Shown: positions 13,103-22,850 of the stretch, in pieces
Layout of the letters: every line of letters starts with the position of its first letter
Numbering within the stretch: position 1 is the first letter of the stretch
NCBI RefSeq assembly: GCF_032191835.1
Contig: NC_083227.1
Location: 24,180,001-24,244,000 of the forward strand
DNA length: 64,000 bases
Source of the DNA: Heteronotia binoei
Taxonomy: Eukaryota
Direction of reading: 5' to 3'
Program-made: the position numbers and the translations under genes
The notes under the pieces: generated by a model
Databases searched by the model: none
Told to the model about the DNA's origin: nothing
What the model saw: the letters and a program-made list of their open reading frames with translations, nothing else

Positions 13103-13855
13103 TCATGTGTGAAATACAAGAGAAGATCTTGTCCCAGGCTGAGTAGATGTATGGTCTCTTCTCATGTGGATTCTCTGATGCTGGTGAAGGTATGCCTTCT
13201 GGCCAAATCTCTTTCCACACTCTGAGCACTGAAATGGTTTCTCCCCTGTGTGGCTTCTCTGATGATGTTCAAGCTGGGATCTCTTAAGGAAGCTCTTTCC
13301 ACACTCCATGCATTTATATTGTTTTTCTCGTGAATGAACTGTTTCATGGCTTTTAAGGTTTGAGAGAAAACAGAACCCCTTGCCACACTCTGAACATTTA
13401 TGTGGTTTCCCCCCTGAGTGCATACTTTGATGGATAACAAGGTTACCCCTTTGGCGGAAGCACTTTCCACACTCGGAACAATCATACAGCTTCTCCCCTG
13501 TGTGGATTCTTTGGTGTTTTAAGAACTCTGCTCTGCGAAGAAAGCTCCTTCCACACTCTGAGCACTCATGCGGCATTTTCCCACTGTGCGTTCCCATATG
13601 TATATTATACTGAGTTTGGTTTAATAACTTCTTTTCACATATGGAGCATTTATACGGTTCCATCTCCACATGAATCATATCACAGACATCCCCATCTTGG
13701 AAAGGAATAGAATCATTCACCTTCTCCAACATGGCTTCCCTTCTGTGTTTTGAGTCCCCCTCGATTCTTGAAGTTTCCTTTAAACTCTTCATTCTTGACT
13801 TTATCTGGTGACAGCTGACGCAGTTCCTCGTCTTCCTCATTCTCTTGATCATCCC
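13103..13855 (-). pseudogene. Orphan C2H2 zinc-finger last exon, 6 fingers, with a frameshift in the spacer
   Basis: Six CxxC...HxxxH fingers with TGEKP-like linkers. The spacer GDDQENEEDEEL matches the last exon of gene D but shifts frame near 13730. The upstream intron is replaced by a MITE. Confidence 0.8.
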
Positions 13856-13860
13856 CTGCA

Positions 13861-14092
13861 CCAAATTTTCAGTATAGCATCCAGTGCCTCTCCCCAAAAT
13901 ACTCCCCAAGTTGCAAAAATATCAGACCAGGGGGTCCAATTCTATGGAAGGAAGGCATTTAAAAAGGTGTGCAGTCCCTTTAAATATGATGGCCAGAACT
14001 CCCTTTTGAGTTAAATTATGCTTATCACACTCTTGCTCCTGGCTCCACCCCAAAGTCTTCAGGTATTTCTTGAACTGGACTTGGTAACCCTA
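13861..14092. mobile_element. Truncated AGGGTTGCC-type MITE abutting the orphan ZF acceptor
   Basis: Matches the internal sequence of the 5256-5780 element; ends GGACTTGGTAACCCTA. Confidence 0.75.
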
Positions 14093-14299
14093 TGCCTACG
14101 CCACTATCAGGTTATGTATGTGCCATGGCAGGTTTAGAGGAATAAAGGGGTGGGGGGAGGAAAGAGCCCTCCAAACCAGGAGACTCCCCCTCCCCCACAT
14201 GGGTGTGTGTGGGGGTGGCTAGTTGGCAACCTTAGGTGCAAATCACCAGCCCTGTGTTATTAATGCCCACTTTTGAAAACAAGGCTTAAAAGCCCAGTA

Positions 14300-14458
14300 G
14301 GCAGCCATGTTGGTCTGAAACAATAGAACAAAGCAGTAGACAAGTGCACCTTTAAGACCAACTAAGTTTTATTCAGAATATAAGCTTTTGTATGCATATG
14401 AAAGCTTACATTCTGAATAAAACTTAGTTGGTCTTAAAGGTACACTTGTCTATGTTCT
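14300..14458. repeat. Fold-back (inverted) Penelope-like terminus
   Basis: Near-perfect palindrome 14337-14452 centred on AAGCTTTTGTATGCATATGAAAGCTT. Confidence 0.7.
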
Positions 14459-15195
14459 AAGGCTTAAGAACATAAGAGAAACCATGTTGGATCAGGCCAA
14501 TGGCCCATCCAGTCCAACCCTGTGTCACACAGTGGCCATAAATTCCCAGGTGCCATCAAGAGGTCCACCAGTGGGGCCAGGACACTAGAAGCCCTCCCAC
14601 TAGGGTTGCCAGCTTCCAGGTGAGGCCTGGAGATCTCCTGCTTTTACAACTGATCTCCATCTGGCAGAGATCAGCTCCTTTAAAGAAAATGGCTTGGGGG
14701 GCTGTGGAGTCCATTCCATTGTACCATACTGAGGCCCCTCCCTTTCCCAGCTCCTGCCCTCTCCTGGATCCACCCCCCAAAGTCTCCAGGTATTTTCCAA
14801 CATGGGCCTGGCAACCCTACCTCCCACTGTTGCTCCCCCCAGCACCAAGAATACAGAGCATCACTTGCCCCAGACATAGAGAATATTGAGCATCACTGCC
14901 CCAGACAGAGTTCCATCATTACCCTAGCTAATAGACATTCATGGACCTCTGCTCCATATGTTTATCCAGTCCCTTCTTGAAGCTGTCTATGCTTGTAGCT
15001 GCCACAACTTCTTGTGACAGTAAATTCCATGTGTTAATTACTCTTTGGATGAAGAAGTACTTCCTTTTATCTTTTCTAAGCCTTCTGCTTCTTAATTTCA
15101 TTTGAGTGCCCACAAGTTTTTTTAATTGTTATAAAGGGAGAAAAGGGCTTCTTTCTGTATTTTAGCCCACATATAATTTGTAAACCTCTATCATG
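14459..15195 (-). mobile_element. CR1 3' end with a nested AGGGTTGCC MITE (about 14582-14820)
   Basis: AAGAACATAAGAG tail and KRKYFFIQRVINTWNLLSQEVVAATSIDSFKKGLDKHM motif. Confidence 0.75.
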
Positions 15196-16489
15196 TTTTG
15201 TTGTTCTTCAGAATGGAGGGGAAGGGGAAGATGGACTGACCGTCCTTGCTCTCCCACAAAAATCTTTCTCCAGCCCGCACATCCCACACTAACATCCTTT
15301 CAACCACAGAGCTCTTTGGAAGGAATTCTTCAGGAAAAACTCTCATATTTACAGTCCTCAGCATTTTCTAGGTCTTGAGGGAAAAGGCTGGGAACTTTTA
15401 ACAAAACCCAGAAGCCACCCTCCCCCCCCCCCAAAAAAAACCCCACTAAGTCCCCCATTTTGTACAGACAGTATCTTTGAAGGCCTTCACAAATGGCTGA
15501 GTGGATCCCCCCACCTTGTGATTCAAGTGATGGCCCTCAGCAAAAATAGTATTCAAATGTCACCCATGGCAGCCATTTTGATCCTTCCATTCCTCTCAGG
15601 CCTCTCTGCCCTTTGCATACCCATGATGCTGTTCAGTTACACTGTTTTACATCAGTAACAGAGAGCATAGATAGCCTGTTCTCCCATAGGTTTTGGAAAG
15701 CAGAACTTTCTTTTTGTCAGATGTTTTTAACCTTTTACACACTATAAGCAAATCAAATTTCAAACAATGTAGAAAAGCTTACAAAGGTTGCCGGAAGACA
15801 ATACAAAGTCATTATTAGGTTACCATAAATGTAAACCATTTGCTCCTGAAGATATTCCAAGGTGGGAAACCCACACTGCATGTGACATTTGTTGTGCAGT
15901 AAGACTTACACAGTCACTGACTCTTTTTTCACCCTCTGAATTGCATTCTTGTGTCCAAAAATTCATTTGTTCTGGACATAAATCTGCCGGGTTGGGGGAG
16001 GGGGAGAGAATCAAAGCTACTATGGGATTGATGTTAAATGTAAAACCAGAAGTGATTTTACTGAACCTTAGAACTGATTTTAAGATGACACCTTCAGGGA
16101 ATTTACGTCTCACAAACTGCGTCAGTCCCTCCCTCCATGTCTAAGGATAATCAGGGGCTCTGCCTTCTTTTTAACAGTGTCTTTCAAGGAGGGGGAAATC
16201 CTACTCATGAAGATTAGTCCTAACAAATCCTTTTTGATATTCGCAGCCAAATTAGCAATCACACACAAATGAAAATCTAATCGGGCAAGGCAGCTGCATG
16301 CCAAGAATGAGGCTGGGGAGCGTTCCAATACTGGGCTTTGTTTCCTACCTGGGTGAATGGATTGAAAGTCACCCAGGAAAGAGTGGGGAGAGCCGGGCTA
16401 TGACAGATTCCATCACCAGGGTGACCCACAGCTGTTCAGAGAAAGTGGTGTAGCTGGAATGCCTTGTACACCACAATGGGTGGCTGCTT

Positions 16490-18000
16490 AAGCAGACAAG
16501 CCGCGTCATTTTCAGAATATTTTGAAGAGGAGTCTACAAATTCAAAAGGAAGAACAAGACGAATGGAATACGGAAGGAACTCCACTGCAAATATTGCTTT
16601 ACGTGGCTGGCTGAGTTTGCTGAATTTAAAAGTGCTGCTGTGGCAAATTGCTTGGCAAAGTAAATGTGACGGACCAGAAGGATTTAAAAAAGGAATTCAA
16701 CATCCAGAACTTTCCGACTCTGGTGTTTGTTGATGCTGATCGGAGCAATCCCATTGACGGCAAAGAAGTCAGAAAGGCCTCTGCCTTGTCACATGGTAAG
16801 AAGAAGAATAGGACCATGCCCTGCACATCTTAATAGCACAGATCAGGCAAAAGCCTTAATTGACTCTGAAGAGTTGGCTGTGATTGGCTTTTTAAGAGCT
16901 CTCATGGATGGATGGGAGAGGTCTTCTGTTCCCTCTAAGCGTTCCCTCTAAGCTGAGTTAGTATGAGCTAGCTCACGGTCTTTTAGCCTCCCGCTCACAG
17001 ATTTTTGTTTTAGCTCAGGAAAAATGGCTCCAGAGCAAACTAAATCATGCAGTAGCTCGCAACTTTAATACCAGTCGCTCACAAAGTAGAACTTCTGCTC
17101 ACAAGACTCCACAGCTGAGAGGAAGCATTGCCCAGAACTCCCTTTTGGGATGACAACCAGCTATGAAGTTTTTGCATGCTTTGGCATCAGAGAGGACATG
17201 ATTGTTATCTTCCAAAAGGGAAAACCTGTTTATAACGAGGTGGTCGAAGAAGGCAAGCTGAATGACATGGAGCTGACCCAATGGATCAAAACATTTACCA
17301 CGGATTTAGTCACGGAATATAATCTGGAGACATCTGTGAAGATTTTTGATGTTCCTGTGGAAAATCACATCCTTTTATCCATCCCCAAGAGTTCAAGTGT
17401 ATTTGACAAGGCTTATGAAGATTTTAAGTCTCAGGAATTCTGAGGGAAGATCATGTTTATCTTGGTGGATACCGATGACAGCAGAAATGGTCACATGATT
17501 TAATACTTCCAGGTCATCGAGACTGAGGCCCCTGCTGTTCAAATCTTGAACCTAACCAGTGACACCAGGTACAAGATGCCTACAGAGAGGGTGACCATGA
17601 AGAATCTATGGACTTCTGCCAGAGCTACTTGGAAGGGACAGCTAAGTGTCATCTGTCCAGTAAGGAAATCCAAGAAGGCTGGGACCAGAAGCCAGGAAGA
17701 ACTTTGATCGGTCAGAAGCCTGCCAGAAAGTGCTCCCAATTTGGGATGAACTGGGCAAGAAAAATGTCTTCATTGCAAACAATGTCCAGCTACTTAATGT
17801 GGAACACTACCCATTCTTCAGATACTTCTCTGCTGGATCTGCAAACCTGGTTGACCCATACAAAGGAGAACAAACTCTTGAAGCTTCCACTAAATTCTTG
17901 GAAGAAAAAATTAAGACAGAAAAGAAGGCATCATCAAAGGCCAAGAAAAAAAGATTTGAAGAAAGAGGAAATCATCACAAAAAAGGAAGAATTTTAGTGG
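16490..18000 (+). pseudogene. PDILT: Processed pseudogene of protein disulfide isomerase-like, testis (PDILT)
   Basis: Intronless run of PDILT-like peptides: GKVNVTDQKDLKKEF, IMFILVDTDDSRNG, QILNLTSDTRYKMP, SEAC (SxxC), YPFFRYFSAGS, YKGEQTL and C-terminal KEEF*. In-frame stops near 17441 and 17500, frameshifts, deletions and a MITE insertion. The 5' boundary is approximate. Confidence 0.85.
16930..17125. mobile_element. TTCCCTCTAAGCT...AGCTTAGAGGGAA MITE inside the PDILT retrocopy
   Basis: Same family at 2190-2372, 7600-7785, 34160-34355 and 48050-48400. Confidence 0.75.
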
Positions 18001-18627
18001 GTCTCCCCCCCCCCCCCCGCTGCCCCCACCTCAGCAAAGATGACAAGGAAGTGTTGAGGATCGCTTTGATCTGATTGTGGGGAAGTCAGGAAGGCCTTAA
18101 GAAAATAAAACAACCTGTGTTGTGTGGGGGGGGGGGGGGAGGAAATCTGATGTGGCTCCTACTTTGAATTTATGGCGCTCTAATTATATTTTTGTATACA
18201 ATGGCTAAATTAACGAATACGTATAAAGTAGATGATGGAAATGAATATAGTGATTTCATCACAAAGCAGAAATATTTTCACCTGTTTCCAACAAGGCAAA
18301 AAGAGCAGTTCGTTAAGGTTCTGCAGAGTTCCACACAGAAAAGGGGGCAACCACTAAAAAGGTCCTTGATAACCAAGGCAATCAAAGCAGTAGCTCATCA
18401 TACAGCATAAACATACCACATGGGTTTTAACAGAAAAACTTTTGCCACAAACCAAGCCACTATGTAGTTTTTGGCATATGGATTTGTTGATGATGCCAAA
18501 GGTGTAAAGGCTGAGTATACTTTTTTCTGCACTTCAAACACTGATATAGTTTCCCCCCTGTGTGCATCTGTAGATGCTTTTAAACATAGGAACTGAAACC
18601 AATTCTCTTTCTGCACTCTGAACACTT

Positions 18628-19568
18628 CTAAGAGTTCTCCCCTGTGTGGACTGTTTGATGCTTCTGCAGTTGTGCTGTCCGAGTAAACTTCAGTCCGCAT
18701 TGTGAGCATTTGTAAGGCCTCTCCCCTGTGTGCACTCTTTGATGCACAGTGAAGCTAATGCGGTGACGGAAGGCCTTCCCACACGCTGAGCACTCGTAAG
18801 GCTTCTCTCCCGTGTGGATTGTTTGATGCTGCCGCAGGGTTGACACCCGAGTAAACTTCTTCCCACACTCTGAGCACTGATATGGTTTCTCCCCGGTGTG
18901 GATTGTCCGATGCTGCTGAAGGTGTGCCAGCCGCCTGAACCTCCTTCCACACTCTGAACATTTATAAGGCCTCTCCGCTGCATGTGGTGTTTGTTGCATG
19001 GGAAGACTTACACAGTCACTGATGCTCTTTTCACTTTCTGCGCCCAGAGATGGTTTCTCTCCTGTGGGAATCATCTGATGCTCTTTGGAGCCTGGCTGCC
19101 CACTGTAGCTGTTTTCATACTCTGGAATTTTTTGAGGTTCTTCCCCATTGTGAATTCTTTGATGCCACGTAAGACTTGTCCTCCAACTGAAGCTTTCTCC
19201 ACACTCCGAGCAATGATATGGTTTCTCTGGTGAAGAAACCTGTTGGTGTGAAATAAGAGAGGTGCTCTGTCCGAAGCTCTGTCCAAACTCCGCACATGCA
19301 TTTTGTTTTTTCTTGACATGGAGTCTTCCATAAGCACTGTGGCCTCCATTCTTCCTCTTTTGGGTTGCCTTTCCCTCTCGGACAAGGATTTCCTGGAATC
19401 CCCCAGCTTGGCAAGGAATGGGATTATCCCTGCCCTCCACTGTGTGGCTTCCCTCCAGCCGCTTTTGTCCCTCTTGATTCCCAAAGGTTCCTTTCCAGTC
19501 CCCATTCTTGACTTTGTCCAGTGTGAATGCCCGGAGTCCCCCATCCTTTTCACTCTCCTGCACTTCAC
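18628..19568 (-). CDS. SCAN-ZF gene B, last exon: spacer + 5 intact C2H2 fingers
   Basis: TTCAAACAG acceptor (19569-19570), phase 1. Exons 720+121+938 nt give 593 codons, then TAG at 18628-18630. Confidence 0.88.
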
Positions 19569-20884
19569 CTGTTTGAAGAAAGGCAGAGCAACCCAGTTAC
19601 CACCGTGAAAAGAAGTCAAGTCTCAAATCATTCCCTCCATAGCTGATCTGTGCGCATTTTGTATCTTTTGCCAGAACTTTCTCCTGCTTCAGTCGTGCAG
19701 TTGGTCATACCTCTTGCCTAGCCAGGCCCACCCAAGGAGCAAGTTCTATTTGTTTCCTTCCTCTCCTCAAATGGGGACCACATACAGGGCTCTTTTTTTG
19801 GTTAAAACAATTTTATTTGGTAACATATGGTAACAGATTATATTTCTTGCATCATTAATAACTTCTTTTATCTATCCCATATACAGGGCTCTTTTTTGTA
19901 GCAGGAACTCCTTTGCATATTAGGCCACACACCCCTGATGTAGCCAACCCTTCAAGCAGGACTTTTTTTGAGCAGGAACGCACAGGAACGCAGTTCTGGC
20001 AGGCTTAAGAACATAAGAGAAGCCATGTTGGATCAGGCCAGTGGCCCATCCAGTCCAACACTCTGTGTCACACAGTGGCCAAAAAAACCCCAAGTGCCAT
20101 CAGGAAGTCCACCAGTGGGGCCAAGACACTAGAAGCCCTCCTACTGTGCCCCCCCACCCAAGCACCAAGAATACAGAGCATCACTGCCCCAGGTTTGGTG
20201 TCAGGGTGTGTGACCTAATGTGCAAATGAGTTCCTGCTGGGGTTTTTTCTGCAAAAAAAGCCCTGTGTGATGTCAGGAGGTGTGGCCTAATATGCAGACG
20301 AGTTCCTACAAAAAAAGCCCTGCCTCCACGAGCTTACAGGACTCTCAGTACAGGGCCTACTGCATGCTCCAGGAGGATTATTTGCAAAGGTGTTCCTGCT
20401 ACAAAAAGGCCCTGCTCCTATTTATTTGAAAGAGGTGGGGAGGAGGGATTCAGACACTTCCCCTCCACACCTGGGATGCCACACATGGTTTCGTTCTTTG
20501 ATATTCATGATTCAACATGAAGCATTATTGTAAATTGCAGACCCATCAAAGCCTGCTGTTACACATAAAACTGCAGCAAATTTTGGACCCAAATCAAGCA
20601 TTCTTTTGCTTTCAATTAACAAGTGTGGAAGGAGTTCAGTTCCTCTGAATGTCGGGGTTCCCCTCAGTCACCATGGCTAGTGGCCAGTGATATCCATGGA
20701 GGATAAGTCTGTCTAATCCCTCCTTAAAGCTGTTTATTCCTGTGGCCATCGCTACATCCCCTGGCAGCAAATGCCACATTTTAATCACTCTCTGTGTAAA
20801 GTAGTAGTTTCTTAAACTGGCTCTTAAATGCTATTCATATCAAATGTTATTCATATCAAATGTTATTAATATCAGGCCCAATGC

Positions 20885-21155
20885 CAGTTTGGTGTAGTGG
20901 TTAAGTGTGCGGACTCGTATCTGGGAGAACCGGGTTTGATTCCCCACTCCTCCACTTGCACCTGCTAGCATGGCCTTGGGTCAGCCATAGCTCTGGCAGA
21001 GGTTGTCCTTGAAAGGGCAGCTGCTGTGAGAGTCCTCTCAGCCCCACCCACCTCACAGGGTGTCTGTTGTGGGGGAGGAAGGTAAAGGAGATTGTGAGCC
21101 GCTCTGAGACTCTTCGGAGTGGAGGGCAGGATATAAATCCAATATCATCATTCCC
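20885..21155 (+). mobile_element. tRNA-derived SINE (Squam3-like)
   Basis: Near-identical to 12270-12530. Confidence 0.8.
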
Positions 21156-22349
21156 ATAGAATGTTCTCCAACATTCCAACTTCAACAGAGAATGCTCAGG
21201 CTCAAGCTTCATTATGGGAGCTCAGGAACAACTTGTAAAATGGGCTGCCTCCCACCAACATTTTTTTATTTTACCACAATCCCAGCCAAAAAATGAGTCA
21301 TGAAATAATAGTTACTACATTAGTATAACCTCATAGATTTCTTTTTAAGTTCTAATGCACCAGCTGCCATTTTTATCAACAGACCATTTCCTTTAAGAGC
21401 TTTGTTCTCTTCTGGCCCTTTCGATTGCAAAATTAATAATGGATTCCACAAAGAGCTAGTGTGGGGTAGTGAATGAGGATGCCAGACTAAAATCTTGGAG
21501 ATCCAGGTTTGAATCCCACTTCACTACGGAAAGCTTGTTTACAAGTTCATTTCTGGCCAAACTTTTAAGGTACTGGTTTTGATTATGAGTTGGGCCTTTT
21601 CTGTGGTAGCCTCAAAGTAATGGAATGAGCAGAGCTGAAAAGTAAGTTTATATTACTCAGTTTTTCATTGTTGCTTTCCTGTAGTTTTGGGGGGGGGGGG
21701 TATTTTAAGCATTTATTAGTTTTATGGCGCTCAAGACAGCTTACAACTTAGATAAAATACAAAATACATTAAAAGCATAAAACCCAAAATTTAAAATCAC
21801 AGCTCAGGAATGTTATTAAACAAATGAGGTCATAAAAAAAAGTTTCCAACAGCCTCTCAAAGATCAAAAGTGAGGAGGCCAAACACATCTCCCTGGGGCA
21901 GTTGTTCCTTAATTGTGGGGCTTCCATTGTACCTCTCTCCAGCACCATTTCCCCCAGTCTGTTTCTTATCACAAGTTTTTCTCCACTCCCTCCACCCTGT
22001 TTTCTTCTCCCTCCCTGGCTTTTCTCTCCCCTCCCACCATTTTTTACACTCTCTATCCATTTGCACATGAGTTATTTGACTCGGGTTTGGTGCTGTCGGG
22101 AAGAAGGTTTTTCCCCTTACATCATGGTGGATCTGTGCTCCTCAGCTTTCCTCCAATCTGTCTCAAACCTGCTTTGCTAAAAAGATTTGGGAAGGAGCTA
22201 CAGCAAAGCCTGGATGGCTGCTGTGGGATAGAAATGTTCAGCTTTCCCACACAGCACCTGTCTCCTCCCTTCCCCCCCTCAACTTTTGTGTTTTTTAAAT
22301 GACATCAGAATATAAATCGAATAGGTTCTCTGAATTCCTAGCATTCGTT

Positions 22350-22833
22350 TGTCAGAACTCAAGAACTTCAAACGGATCCCATACTTAGTTACAAAGCTAG
22401 GATTTTATTGAGGAGAACTAGGTGCTGGAAAAGGCAAGATAACAGTAATGGCGAGAGCCAGCATCAGCTTGATTTTATACACGTAAAGCAAACATCTCAC
22501 AAAGCCACAATTCACATTGTAGGGCGCAGCTGTCTTCTCACCATCACTATCAGTAGAGAGGATGCCTCCCTACTCCGAAGGCCATGCTGTTCGGCTTCAA
22601 AGGGTCCCAGTGTGAGAATGTGCAGAGACAAGACATAATTCATTCTACAGCCCCAAATATTTTGGATACCAGTGGGGCAAGGTTAATTACTATTCAGGCA
22701 CTCTGGGTTAAGCAGAGGTTACAACATGGAGTCAGTTTGGTTCAGTAACAATACAGCTCCAAGCCACAATAAAACTACCATACAGCATTGGTCACATTAT
22801 AGAGGACCAGCAGCAAAGATACAAGTTCTGACA
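22350..22833 (-). repeat. 3' LTR
   Basis: 484 bp; no mismatch to 27934-28417 found by eye. Confidence 0.95.
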
Positions 22834-22850
22834 TACTGCCCCCCCTAAGC
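22834..22850 (-). promoter_or_regulatory. Polypurine tract (TTAGGGGGGGCAGTA)
   Basis: Purine run immediately before the 3' LTR on the sense strand. Confidence 0.85.
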
